A DNA stretch of 64,000 bases from Hyphochytrium catenoides (Eukaryota > Protista > Hyphochytriomycota). This document shows positions 51,135 through 64,000 of this stretch, piece by piece (within the stretch, counting starts at the first letter, position 1; each line of letters opens with the position of its first letter). Where the stretch lies: positions 8,016 through 72,015 of the forward strand of contig FLMG01001283.1 in the NCBI GenBank assembly GCA_900088475.1, in the 5' to 3' direction. The position numbers were made by a program, and so were the translations under genes. The notes beneath the pieces were generated by a model. That model saw only the letters and a program-made list of their open reading frames with translations. It searched no databases and was not told the DNA's origin.

Positions 51135-51845
51135 ATGACCTTGAGGACAGCTTCGCCAACGACTACTGACAGCTCATCGTGGTGGTCATTAGAGCGTGTC
51201 AGGATGAGACCACCCCACACCACTTTCCCGGCAAGAAGCTATCCGCTAGACTGGCGCTCCCTCCTGCGTCTAGTCGTAGCAGGTGTCATCATTGCTTTTC
51301 ATTTCGTCAACCTGTTGGTAACTGGGCCCAGAAGGCCAGTGCAGGAAATGTACAGCAGATACCTGTTGCTGGTTAACATGTTAGGGTTCTTCATCACTTG
51401 GTTTGACAAACAGATTGCAATATCGGGAGGAGGGAAGTCTCAGCGAGCTAGACCCAGGTTCGCATCTCTTGCTTACTTGTTTCAGCGGATCCCAGAAACG
51501 GCGTTGCATTTCCTAGTGTTTCTGGGAGGATGGCCAGGCTGTTCGATGGCTCAAGTATTGTCCCGTCATAAGATTCGAAAAGCAAGCTTCCAGGTTGTCA
51601 TGGCAGCGTGCTCCATCGCTCATCATCAGATTCTTTACTTTGTCTTCACTCCAGCGCTCTGCGGTGTACTAGAAGAACTTGGTGATGCACGCGGTACCTG
51701 CGTGCTGGCGAAGGCATGGTATCTGATGGTACAAGTGCTCGGCTATTATCTTTGGACAGAACTTGCCATCGCATCCTTTGGTTGGCTATTTTCAGTACCC
51801 GAGGTAAAGTTTGGGGCACGCAAAGAAGGGTTTAGAAGGGATTAA
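51135..51845 (+). CDS. DUF1294-family membrane protein
   Basis: FDKQIA..RIPETALH...LGGWPG...HKIRKASF motif with flanking TM segments. Confidence 0.75.
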   Translation: MTLRTASPTTTDSSSWWSLERVRMRPPHTTFPARSYPLDWRSLLRLVVAGVIIAFHFVNLLVTGPRRPVQEMYSRYLLLVNMLGFFITWFDKQIAISGGGKSQRARPRFASLAYLFQRIPETALHFLVFLGGWPGCSMAQVLSRHKIRKASFQVVMAACSIAHHQILYFVFTPALCGVLEELGDARGTCVLAKAWYLMVQVLGYYLWTELAIASFGWLFSVPEVKFGARKEGFRRD

Positions 51846-53721
51846 CGGATGACGACTGCGGCAGTTCCAGCTTCCTTTCCTTCCAGGTGAAGGAGGCTGC
51901 AAGCGCCGTTGTCCGTCCCGAATAGCAACTGTCGTAGCTTAAGCCAATTGAGGCAAAGTGAATGGGCAAACCGAACAAGGCAGGCTGCCCATTTGCAGAA
52001 AGGCATTCCGTTAGTCTACTGACAGAGCATGAATTGGACATACACCCCACGCTTAGATTCAACACTTTAGAGGAGGCATGCAAAGTTTATCCTGACTACC
52101 CCTGGGCTTCTGGCCCCGTGAATGGCGGGCAGTCACGGGAACAATTGTCGTAGTAGGTATGGCATGAAGTTCGGATCAGATCCACCACAGTTCTCATCGT
52201 AACGTGATGGAAGTGCCGACGACGGCGACTATTTTCGTCATTGTTAAATTGACCTCATACATTCTTGTGGTTTGTTGTCTTATGCGTTGATGTGTTTGCA
52301 TGACAACAGGTGTGGCCTCCTTCTCCGAGGATTCACCTGTGACTTGGGGAATAAATATCTGATAGTGTCTCTAAAAGGTCGGTGGCTAACTAAGGTTAAC
52401 GATTATTCCCTGCTGACAATAATACTATTTATCCATCCGGTGGCTGCTGCCTTCTTTCGTCATTTCTCTCTGTTCCGAACGATAACAATGACGAGAAGAC
52501 GGGAACATCTTTAGAAGCCAATCTAATACGGTAGCGTACCTCTACTGCTTTGATAGATGCTTCTGGTCCGCCGTTGTTGCTATTGGCACGGTGCGGAGGG
52601 CTATCTACCTCTAGGGAACAAAACAAGAAACATATTTAGAGAATAATATGAGGAGTAAGTCAGCAACAACTCTAAAACCCGGCTCGGTCTGCTTCACCTC
52701 CTTCTTCCTTTCTCTCTCTCTCTCTGGTCTCTCTCTCTCTTCTGGAGGATGCTGCTATTTCTAAGGGAAGCTGCTGCCCTCACAGTAGTCTTACTCTTCT
52801 AAGAACGTGTTTTATCTGTTTCACTCTAGGTCTTATCATCATCATGTTATTTATTGATAAAAGTCCATGCATGCCGGCTATCAAGGTCATTCGTCTGAGA
52901 ATTCCAAGATGAGAGTTATGAGGCTCGTTGTAAGGCTGGGGGGCTGCAATTTGCGGCGTTAGTCTATAGTCTTTATTCGGAAGGAGCTATGCCTTGTGAC
53001 CTCGCCTGTGCGCAGCAGCGGCTTTTTGAAGCTTCAAGTGGTCGCTCTTCACTTGATGCTTCTCGCCATTTCGGGTCATGGTCTAATTTGGTGGTGATGG
53101 ATGGCTTTTTAAAAATAAAGTCAGTCTTCATAGTAGAGTCCCTTATTATCCGTCAGCTATGGAGGAAATTGCGTATTCCACTTACAGCATGTGGACTACT
53201 CTTGCCTGCTTGCCTCGTCGGGTGATGGTCTTGGCGCTTCATCTTCTCATCATCCTCCTTCTCGTATTGCTACATTGTTACTGCCAAGGGCATCATCATT
53301 GATACTTCCTTATGTTATTATGATAATGATGGTGGCGACGCCGGAGCAATAATAATGAAAAAGACCCCTTCTTTCTGGGTTCATTTCAGAAGAATCATGA
53401 AATCGTTGTTGTTATACGTAGTACGGTACTTTATACAGAGTACGGAGTAAATTTTGTTGTGTTCGAGGCTGTTAGTTACTAGCGTCTAGTTATTTTTGGT
53501 TCTACTATGTTTTACCGGCTAACCGATGTTGGCTGGGACGAAGGATTGGTGGCTGTGAGTTATTCCTAGGAGCGAGAGGGCTGGTGTCTCGTTCTAGTTG
53601 GCTTCCTATGGCGGTCCGCGCCGCTTGCTGAGCTTTGCTGCGCCCTCTGTATGTTGCGGTTTACTTCCGGCAGTGCTGTCCTTCACAACTCGTGTCGCAT
53701 CGAAGCTCAAAGTCAAGCACC

Positions 53722-54602
<881 letters not shown>

Positions 54603-55687
54603 ATGCTCGGCAGAAGGATGATAGCCAAGCTTCACATTAATAAAGCTGCGACATGCACCCTATTGGTCTTACTGTGAACCGTCTTTGCTCATTATGCATG
54701 CAGTTGAATATCTGGTCGTTTTAGACCTGTCAGGAGGACTATTCCTAGCCAGAGCGTAGGGTGGTTTCTATTGAGAAATGAGGCAGAGGCGGCATCTTTA
54801 GAGAAAGCTCAGGACGGTATCCATAACCGGGCCATCCCGGAAGCCAGTGGCATGTTTACTGCTTTGCCTCCTGATGAAGTTATCGATTAAGTCCATCTAT
54901 TGGTCCACGATTTCCTGGCCTCTTCCATCCTTATCCCTATGTTCCTGCGCTCTACCAAGCATCATCCTTTCACATCGCAGTTATTACATTATGCTTGTTG
55001 AGCAAGGGGCCTGTCTGGTCAGGAGGTTGATGCAGAAGCCTGGACCGGTTATCTGCCATGACTGAGATGGCATCAAGCCATCTTTCTAAGAGTTGGGCCC
55101 TAGCCCAGTACTGTAGCCTATAATCCCATACATAGGACTAGACTCCACACTGTCCTTTTATCACTCAGCAGCCAGAGAGTTCTTATTTTCAATGAGGGTT
55201 TCCAATTAATGAAATGTTTCGCTGTGGAAGTCGGTATGAATAACTGAAGAAATATTGTTTCTTCCGAGGAAGAAAGGTTTGAAACTTATGGAAGAGAGAT
55301 TTGGAGCTGTACAGTTTTGGTGTGTCATCCCCATCAACAGCTCTCTCTCCCTCTTCTCTCAGCTCATCATCATCATCAAGAAGCCTTCAACCCCGTTAGT
55401 TCTTTGGACAGCTAGGAAGTCCATCAGGAAGCTTCTTCTTGGTGCTTCGCTATGGCCTTCTGCTGACCTTTCACCTGCTGGTTGGACGCCATCACCCATC
55501 ACCCAGCACGCAGCGCAACGGTGCACCTCAAAAGGGCAAACTTTATCGACAGGAAGAGGATAGAAACGGCACCAGTGCTGACATCCCATCATCCAGACAT
55601 CCCGTCATCCAGACTTCCCATCATCCAGTTTCCTTTCTGACACGTAGTAGACAGTGCTCCTCTCCGCGCATTGGAAAGAAGCCAATT

Positions 55688-57462
55688 ATGAGCGGTGTTA
55701 TCCGTTTTCGCTCCTCCTCAGGCAACTTAGACAGCGTTATTCCTCATGTGCCCAACTCAAGGTTCTCGGATGCATTCCTCCAAGCCATTCCTAAGACGGT
55801 ACTCGTTGGCTCCCTTGCATCGGACACACCTTATGCCTGCGTTCAATTAATGCAATACTCTCTATAGGACCTCCACCTTCACTTAGATGGCTCACTGAGG
55901 ATCGAAACTATCATTGAGCTAGCGCAGAAATACAACGTCGCTCTACCTGGGTACACAGTGGCAGAGATGAAGGAGAAGGTGTTTAAGTCCCATTATAGCT
56001 CCTTAGTGGAATATCTGGAGTGCTTCAAATACATGTCAGCTGTCATGTGCAATGAAGAAGCTATCGAGAGGATTGCCTACGAGCTGGCGGAAGATGTGGG
56101 TCCTGACTGCTTCTACTCTTGGTTCTAAAGACTGTTCGCACCATCGATCCCACCTTCTGAGACTCTTTCTGTGCCTGATCTCTGTTACGCAGCTTTCTGT
56201 TCTTCCTTCTCGCTCCCGCATACTTCTACTCCTTTTGTAGTGTGTCCGTTTCCTAGGCGACGGCTTCGTGTCCTCTCACCACTTCCGCGTTGGCTTTTCC
56301 TTGTAAACTCAGAACTTTTTGGAAGGCGTGCGATATTTTGAAGCCAGATTCGCCCCCCAGCTTCTGGCGGTACCCGGCAAATTAGAGATAGAAGCGATCT
56401 TGGTGGCCGTAAACAATGGCTTTCGGCGGGCAGCGAAGAAGTTCAACGCCAGCAACCCGAACGTGGTGGACGGCCTGGAACCAGAGTATGCCTACGGCAT
56501 AATCGTTTGCGGCATGAGGATGTTCACACCTCAGATGTCCTCGTACTTCTCCTACTTTTGGGAAGTTCACAAGGGAGAGGAGCCTCACAAGATTTACGGG
56601 ATGGCTTCCATGGCACTGGTTACGCAAGCTGTTGCTGCTAAGAACGCACACAAGATCCCTATTGTGGGGATTGATATTGCGGGAGCCGAAGCGGTAGGTT
56701 TGACGTTGACACTCTTAAGAGTTTCCTACTTCATCTCCTTCCTATAATTTCCGTCCTTCTTCTGACCTCCTTCAGCTTATATTAAGCGATCTATCCGGGT
56801 TCTATCGTGTCTTTTGACATCCTTCTCTTGCCTCTATGCGTTTTCCCATGACTGCATTTGACTTTGGGTGCTTCTAGGGCTTTCCTGCGCAGGATCACAA
56901 GGAAGCCTTCATGTATGCCCATGCGCACTTTCTAAGGAAAACGGTCCATGCAGGAGAAGCATATGGTCCTGAGAGTATATTTCAGGCTATTAATGACTGT
57001 TTTGCTGAACGCATTGGTCATGGGTTTCACGTGTTCAACACGAAGCTTGTTCACTCCTTGAAGAGATCAAATCAGAAAGACGAGTTCGTCCAACATCTAG
57101 CCGACTATATCGCTGATAGGAATATCCTGATGGAGGTTTGCATGTCCAGCAATTTGCAGACCATGCCTGAGCTAGAGAATGACCCTTCAAATCATAACCT
57201 GGGACGTATGTTGGGCCACAAAATGAAGGTTTCCATCTGTACGGATAACCGCACTGTCTCACACACATCCGTTGTGAAGGAGCTACGGCTTGCTGTGGAT
57301 ACCTTCGACATGACAACGGAGGAGCTGAAGGACTGCATTATTAGCGGTTTCCGCTATTCCTTCATGAATGTGCCCTTTCCTGAAAAGAACGCATACATCT
57401 CCAAGGTGGTTGCTATGTATGAGAAGTTGGAGGCAGAATATGCCATGAATGGGTACTCTTAG
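55688..57462 (+). CDS. Adenosine/AMP deaminase-family enzyme, 4 exons
   Basis: PKT|DLHLHLDGS, YFEARFAP, GIDIAGAE, TVHAGE, RIGHG, EVCMSSN, SICTDN motifs. Confidence 0.93.
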
Positions 57463-57662
57463 CGCTATATCTTCTTAGTCTCACTCCGAAAAGCTAGCGC
57501 ACAGAAGACAACCTTAGCTGAATTTTTTGCCAAATAATGAAAGAAAGCTTTATTGATAGAGATTAATATTTATCTTGTGTGATGTGAAGATAACACTGAC
57601 AAGACTGAGTGCTTGTTATTCTTATGTGAGAGGGAGCGTAGTTCTGTGGCCCCCTGATTAGG

Positions 57663-58919
57663 CTATTTCAACGCCTTCTCCTCAAGGTAGCGATCCAGCA
57701 CCTGCAGGCCCTCTTTGAAGTTGGATCGGCCAAAGCCCATCCTAAAGAACTTTTGGTACGCTGAGCCATAACAGCTTCCAGGAAGTAGCAAGACGCCAGT
57801 TTCCTCCACTAAAAAATTGCAAAATGTATCGCAACTACCATTTGCATCCAGGAGTGGTCCTTTGGCCTCTACAAATGACAGGCAGCCTGCCGCAGACTCC
57901 TCTTGCCATCCAAACAGAGACTCATGCTTCTTCATGAAAGCCCGAAGATGTACCCTATTATCTAGCACAATAGACTTATTCCGCTCGCGGATGTCTTTCC
58001 AGGCTTGCAGAGCTTTTAACGCGAGGAACTCGCTTGGTGCAGAGTTGCAGATGGTTGTATAGTCCTTCACTGCTGCTACCTGAGCAAGCAGTCCCTTGTC
58101 CTGACTAGCTATCCAACCTATCCGTAGCCCTGGCAAGCCGAAGGTCTTGCTCATGACCCCCAGAGAGATTCCTTTCTCATATATTTCACATATTCCAGGG
58201 AGAGTGAGAGCATCGTCTGAGCCCACAGTCTCTTGCCCACGGTCTTTATCGTGGTACTCGAGAAATCGGTAGACTTCGTCTGACAGGACATAGATCCCAT
58301 GGCTGCCGGCTATCTCAGCAACTCGTTGGAAGTCCTTCAGAGGGAGCTGGTAGCCAGTAGGATTATGGGGAGAGTTGAAGATGATGAGCTTGACCTTTGG
58401 AGAGATTAGCTGGACGAGCTCCTCAATCCTGAGAGACCACCTTCGGGCCACTGGGTCCCAGTGGGTCCTCCATTCCTTCACAGCAGCACCAATGTACTCC
58501 GGTACAGACACTGAACTCTGGTAAGCAGGCACTTGGACGATTACCTCATCACCTGGACTGAGGATGGCAGTGCAGACGGTGAATATCGCCTCCTCTGCTC
58601 CGGAGTGAACAAGAATGGACTCGGGAGAAATATTACGTCCGCCGTGATAGAGTGAGGAGGCAATAGTCTCACGCAGTGCAGGGTTTCCCCACGTCTCGGT
58701 ATAACCGCACCAAACCTTCCCAAACTCTTCGTATAGTTGGCTAGTAGGTACATCATGCTTGCGGGCAACTAGCTGCAGCAGATCTTCGACTGTCATTGAT
58801 TGACTGTCTGAGCTTGCGAGAAGGAACTTCGCGGCAAACTCATGCTTTGCAAAAAATCTCTCTAGCTTGAAATCTTCAAGCCTATTCCCCGATCTCTCCG
58901 CTTGTAGCAGTGGTCTCAT
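57663..58919 (-). CDS. PLP-dependent aminotransferase class I/II, intronless
   Basis: FNSPHNPTG, SDEVY, MSKTFGLPGLRIGW (PLP lysine), FRMGFG. Confidence 0.93.
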   Translation of the reverse strand: MRPLLQAERSGNRLEDFKLERFFAKHEFAAKFLLASSDSQSMTVEDLLQLVARKHDVPTSQLYEEFGKVWCGYTETWGNPALRETIASSLYHGGRNISPESILVHSGAEEAIFTVCTAILSPGDEVIVQVPAYQSSVSVPEYIGAAVKEWRTHWDPVARRWSLRIEELVQLISPKVKLIIFNSPHNPTGYQLPLKDFQRVAEIAGSHGIYVLSDEVYRFLEYHDKDRGQETVGSDDALTLPGICEIYEKGISLGVMSKTFGLPGLRIGWIASQDKGLLAQVAAVKDYTTICNSAPSEFLALKALQAWKDIRERNKSIVLDNRVHLRAFMKKHESLFGWQEESAAGCLSFVEAKGPLLDANGSCDTFCNFLVEETGVLLLPGSCYGSAYQKFFRMGFGRSNFKEGLQVLDRYLEEKALK

Positions 58920-59313
58920 TGCGCTTAGAGCTAGGGTAACCCTGGTGGTATCCCTGTATCCCTGACGGTTTTACTATACTTGCTCGCGGGGCCGCCACCT
59001 CCTGAATGAAAAGCTTACTGTCAGGGTCTGGACTAACAGCAAGCAGGGTCAAGATCTATGTAAAAAGCTCCAGAATATCTACTTCCTGACACAGATAGAG
59101 TTTGCCAGGCCTCCGCTCTCTGCTGATGATCGATCAGCTTCACCTCATCCTGGCTTTTGGCCTTTCCAGACACACACTCTCGTTGGTAATCCCCTCAAAG
59201 ATCCTTCTCCTCCTTGCCGTCAATCATCAGAATCCATCATGAGAATTGTGGCACGACCTTTTCCTACAATTATGGTTCTTATGGTTTGGAAAAAAGGGAA
59301 GGGTATCTGCAAT

Positions 59314-59386
59314 TCCTCTATAGCTCAGCAGGTAGAGCGTGTGGCTGTTAACCACAAGGTCGGAGGTTCGAGCCCTCCTGGAGGAG
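59314..59386 (+). tRNA. tRNA-Asn(GTT)
   Basis: Full cloverleaf: TCCTCTA/TGGAGGA acceptor stem, TGTGG-CTGTTAA-CCACA anticodon arm, GGAGG-TTCGAGC-CCTCC T arm; downstream T run. Confidence 0.97.
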
Positions 59387-60528
59387 TTACTTTTTGCCCT
59401 TACCTCTTCATGTTGTAGAATGGAACAATGATGCTGCTGGTGCCAGGCGCCAGGAGGGGCGAACTTCTGCGTGGTGCATAGAACAACGACGATGATATCA
59501 AGAAGAAGTTAGAAAGACAGAATATTGCGAAGACGACGATGGAGGGAAACTATTATTGCGTCTCCTCTTCCTCCACTACTTCTGCTTGCCAAAATAGAAG
59601 ACAGCCTAATCTTTGCTCCCACTCTAAGCGGGGTTCTATTTATTATGTTGTTCTTCTTCGTTTTCTGCTGATTATTAGCAAACAAGTATGGACTGAGTAA
59701 TAGGTGGATAGCTGGTGCTTCTAATTCAAATTCTTTGGTGGAGCGCTCGCTCCTCTTGGGCAGCAGCAGTAGTATTATCAATTGTGGGCGGCGTTGCAGC
59801 AGTAGGTTCCTAGTAGTAGTGGTGTGTGATAGCACAGTTGATGAATAGTGACATCCTCCTCCATTTGATCGATGACCTGACTCCGTAGTAGAACAAAGAA
59901 GAGGCCGGGTCCTTCGGCGCCAGAAGGACGACCGCAAAATGGCGCGATGATGTCCTAATTGTTGTGGCTGAAGTTTGCTAATAGCAATATCGATCCTCCC
60001 TTGATCATCAAGTCCCTCCTTTCGTTCCTCCTCCTCCTCCTCCTTTTTCTGTTGCTTGCTGCTTTCTCTCCCTCATCTCTTTGTTGCTGCTGGTGGTGGT
60101 GGGTGGTGCATGTTGTCGCCGTGTTGATGATGACCTATATTATCGACTCAGCCTTTTTCCGTTCTTCTTGCTTCGTCTCTAACAAAGTCCATACCATCCC
60201 CACCATCTTCTTGTTGTGCCGTTAAGTGGGCACCTTCATACAACTAACTACCATTCAGCCCTGCTTGAGCCGTACTCACAAAAGGAGAAGGAACTTTATT
60301 TAACTAATCTCAAGAACCCTAGCGAGCTGTTCAACTGACACAATGACACTTTTGGTTTTTACAGGCAACATACTCATCATAGCTTCCAGGATCACAGCTT
60401 CCACTTCATCATTAGTTTAATTCTTCTTCTTCTTCTCTTCTGTCCGCCTCTTGAGAAGCAATTTTTTTTGGGGGGAAAGCAAGAGTGAGTACAACACTCC
60501 AAGGCCTACCAGCTAGTTTCGGAAACCA

Positions 60529-60601
60529 TCCTCTATAGCTCAGCAGGTAGAGCGTGTGGCTGTTAACCACAAGGTCGGAGGTTCGAGCCCTCCTGGAGGA
60601 G
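60529..60601 (+). tRNA. tRNA-Asn(GTT)
   Basis: Identical 73-nt copy with T-run terminator. Confidence 0.97.
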
Positions 60602-60822
60602 TTTCTTTTTCCCTCCGCCCTGCCTTCATCAAGTCGCTACAAGTACAGGAACCCCACACTGGAAGGTTATTATTAGGCAAGTATTTGCGATCAGGCTCAC
60701 GCCTAACATTTTTACGGCACAGTTGTACCAGAGGGTTGGTCGATTGATTTCGACATGATGAGAGTCAAAATGAAGGACATGCCCCTTTCTTCAAAATGAG
60801 CTTTTGATGGGCAAAAATTTAG

Positions 60823-60895
60823 CTCCTCCAGGAGGGCTCGAACCTCCGACCTTGTGGTTAACAGCCACACGCTCTACCTGCTGAGCTATAGAGGA
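60823..60895 (-). tRNA. tRNA-Asn(GTT)
   Basis: Identical 73-nt copy on the minus strand with T-run terminator. Confidence 0.97.
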
Positions 60896-61404
60896 CCTCA
60901 ACTGATACGAGCTGAAAGTTGCAGAATCTTAGATACCTTGGACTGCTAGTACTGCGATCTGCTTCTGGAGGAGTTCTCAATCCGCGTCATACAACCTCAA
61001 TAGCCATCATCCAGCTTCTGATGGTTCTGATGGATAGACGAGGGTTGTCTCCGTCTCAAGTTCAACTAGAGTGCGACAATAATCTATAGAACAAAGAACT
61101 AGAAACAGACCGTACCAAAGTGTTTGTCTTGCTTTGCCGTCGTCGGGATGCTATCGTGTAAGCCATTGCTAGGGTCCTATACCTCTGGTTAAGTGTGGAC
61201 GTCCCAGAGACAAGCCTGCCTCTCTGCCATCGCCGTGTGCGCCTTTGACCTTAGCACGAGATTTAGTGAGCTAGGAAGCATACTACGTTCTCGAGCGCTT
61301 CGTGTGGCAGTATCAGGAAGAGGAGCGTGCCGTCTAAATCATCTTCTTTTAAACCTACAGTGAGCAGCAGCGGCGTGTGGAGAAAGGGATACCAAGACGA
61401 AAGG

Positions 61405-62655
61405 ATGGTCGCCGAGAATAGCGTCACTTACATCTCAGAGAACATTCCCGTAGTGCTTCTGGACTACAAAGACCTAGTTAATGAAGAAGCAGACCTTTCT
61501 CATGCAGGTACGTGTTACTGAAATGTGGGAGCTATGGGATTATTGTCTGACCCTTTCCTGACATCATCAGTCGGTGTGGCATTCGGAACCGATGGACTGG
61601 GGGTGCTGGCAGTCAAGAACGTACCTGGTATTGTTGAGTGCCGTTCTAGAATTTTGCCCCTCGCTTGGCAATTTTCCCAGCTAGATGATGCTGTCAAGGC
61701 CAAGTACGAGGTCCCTCCGTACTACCAGCGAGGTTGGGATTGCGGTAAGGCCGAAATCTTCCCATTACCTTCAAAGGGCCACAGTTTAACTTATCAACTC
61801 CTTCATCCAGGCCACGAGGCAATGAAGGATGGCAAACCTGACCACTCTAAGGGTTCCTTTTACGCAAACCCTTTAGTGGACTCCTTCGCCGAGGTTGACC
61901 AAGCCGTATTGGCTAAATATCCAGGGTTCTTTGGAGACAACGTGTTTCCAAAAGAGGAGATTCCGGACTTTGAAGATGCCTTAAAGTGTGCCAGTCGGCT
62001 AATGATTGAGACCGGGAAGCTTGTGGCTAAGCATTGTGATAAGTTCGTCCGGAAATCAGTTTCCGACTACAAGGATGAGTACCTTCGTAGCATCATCACT
62101 AGCTCCAACTATCACGTTTGCCGGCTTCTGCACTATTTCCCGGTGGCGGAACAGAGCACCCAGGCTGATGGGGATAATGCCGACAGCTGGTGTGGATGGC
62201 ACAATGATCATGGTAGCCTCACAGCTCTCCTACCTGCAATGTACCACGACGCAGCGGGCAAGGAGATTAAGTGCCCTGACCCATCTGCGGGGCTCCATAT
62301 CAAGTCTAGATCAGGGACCATCGTTCATGTGACATGCCCAACCGACTACATGCTATTTCAAATAGGAGAAACTGCGCAAATCCACTCAGGGGGCTATATG
62401 AAAGCGACACCTCATATGGTAAAGGCTGCCAACAAACCGGGAGTATCACGCTCTACCCTAGCGGTGTTTATGGAACCTGGTCCTAAAGAGCCCATGCAAA
62501 CGCCTGAGGGCTGCACAACGGAGGAGACAGCAGCAGTGAAGCACCTACCTCCAGGTGTGCCTACTCTTAGTAGTCGGTGGCGTAATGAGACTGACGACAA
62601 CTTTGGAGAGTTCAGTGTTCGCACCATAAAAGCCTATTATGGGTCTTCTATGTAA
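61405..62655 (+). CDS. 2-oxoglutarate/Fe(II)-dependent dioxygenase (DIOX_N / IPNS-like fold)
   Basis: AFGTDGLGVLAV, KGSFYANP, RLLHYFP, WCGWHNDHGSLT (HxD), ATPH, SRSTLAVF; intron ~61508-61570 and a probable in-frame intron ~61745-61810. Confidence 0.92.
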
Positions 62656-63382
62656 GAGCTAGGCTCCTTAACATTCGTTTTGGACAGTACAGCGGTTCAT
62701 GATGTTAGCATATAATGGCAACAATTGACTTTTTCAACTGTCTTCTTCTCATGCGCGATTATAGATGATGGGGTTATCAAAAGCAGGTTCTGAGGGCCGA
62801 CATGGTTGAGGAGCGCGGTACCTCTGCTCAACAATCTGTCTAGTGGCCACTTTTGAGGTTAGTTGTCAAAACCCAAAGAGTGTTATTTAGAGCTCTAACA
62901 AGAGGAGGAGGTAAAATGCGTCTCTGTAGGGAATGATGGCTAAAGGTCGCCTCCTCCTCAGCACGAGCTGGCCTACCCAAGGAAGCAGGGTGACGATTGT
63001 ATACTACTACCGGGCAATCTGGTAAAGTCTACTTGTTGTGGGGAAAGACAGATCTCAACTTTCCTCGACGCGTTGTTTTTTTGGTTGCCAACCACTAGCG
63101 CTAGTCAAACACAAAGTGAAAAGAAAGCCAGCAGTAATGTAACCTGCTAGGAAGGCGGGCGAGCATTAATAGGATTATGCCTGTTCCTTCCCTTCTTCTC
63201 TACTTTTGATGATGGACTGAGAAATGCATCCGTTCGCAGCTCGATGTGGTCGCCAAAGGCATTTTCATAAGCTCTGCTGAATCGCTTGAAGTGAGGTGAC
63301 GATGCCCGTTTTGACCATTACTAGATCGAGGTTTGACAAGTAGGTTTCCCGTTAGGTCAAAGAACAATCTGATAAAAAGCAA

Positions 63383-63455
63383 CTCCTCCAGGAGGGCTCG
63401 AACCTCCGACCTTGTGGTTAACAGCCACACGCTCTACCTGCTGAGCTATAGAGGA
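63383..63455 (-). tRNA. tRNA-Asn(GTT)
   Basis: Identical 73-nt copy on the minus strand followed by a T run. Confidence 0.97.
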
Positions 63456-63573
63456 AGCTTGATAATACAGCCGATAAAGCTGAATATATAACTGGGACAC
63501 TGCGTAGGCCTGGGGAGGTTCTGAGGTCTCTGCCTCTGTACTTGTACTTTTATTTAGTTACTAGTTGGAGAAA

Positions 63574-63885
63574 CTAATAAGCGGAGTTGTACTTGTGTTC
63601 TGGGTAAACAGACTGCAGGAATCCCTCGGAGTGCTTTGTGATACTTGGGGGATGGACAGGCAGCAGTAGAGCTTCCCTATCCTTCGAGGGCAGCGAGTAG
63701 TGCAAGGCGACAGCAGCAGTGATCTCTAGAACTACATGCGATTGCAGGACGGTCCTGCAGACACAGGAACGGTGCAAGAGCTACCTTGAGGAGCTCAGGT
63801 TGTAACAACCACCTGATATGACCGTCAAAACACGCCTCAGAAGGCTGAAGGAAGTGCTTCACGATAAAGTCCCAAAGTAAGCTTT
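63574..63885 (-). CDS. Possible 3' exons of a gene entering from beyond the window edge
   Basis: LLWDFIVKHFLQPSEACFDGHIRWLLQPELLK bounded by AG/GT; no family recognised. Confidence 0.3.
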
Positions 63886-64000
63886 TACAGCGAAGACAGT
63901 ATGAGCCGTCATGTTACAGTCAGAAGTGATACATGGGCACGGAGGGATAGGTAAGCATGGATTAGATTACTGCATACAATTGGACAGAGCCTGCTACAGC

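Noticed and set aside
60556-60747. ORFs overlapping tRNA genes (also 63200-63430)
   Set aside because: Spurious translations of tRNA sequence

Overview
Gene-dense eukaryotic nuclear DNA with many short GT-AG introns (mostly ~50-150 nt), standard genetic code and one 52-nt N gap. Cilia/centriole genes (DNAI2, POC5-like, KIAA1328/hinderin-like) indicate a flagellated protist; the uL23 and SDHC sequences look stramenopile-like (inference). Recognisable genes: DET1-like histidine phosphatase, head-to-head SDHC/SDHD, METTL21-type methyltransferase, cyclin Q-like, ING-family PHD protein, trypsin, TTC38-like, DUF1294, RPL23A, adenosine deaminase, PLP aminotransferase, 2OG-Fe(II) dioxygenase and four identical tRNA-Asn(GTT) genes. 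Most interesting signals: (1) a 53-aa Cys/His/acid-rich metallothionein-like ORF, too short for the ORF track, ending only 16 nt before the TTC38 start codon and apparently on the same transcript (bicistron or metal-binding uORF); (2) an intronless OTT_1508-like toxin-type deaminase; (3) an AT-AC U12-type intron; (4) an 84-aa Stf2/PDCD4-N-like mini-protein lacking MA3 domains; (5) divergent SDHC-SDHD; (6) an island of intronless pseudogenes (ARM, KUP) next to a Ty3/gypsy remnant. All family calls come from motif recognition and hand splicing, not database searches.
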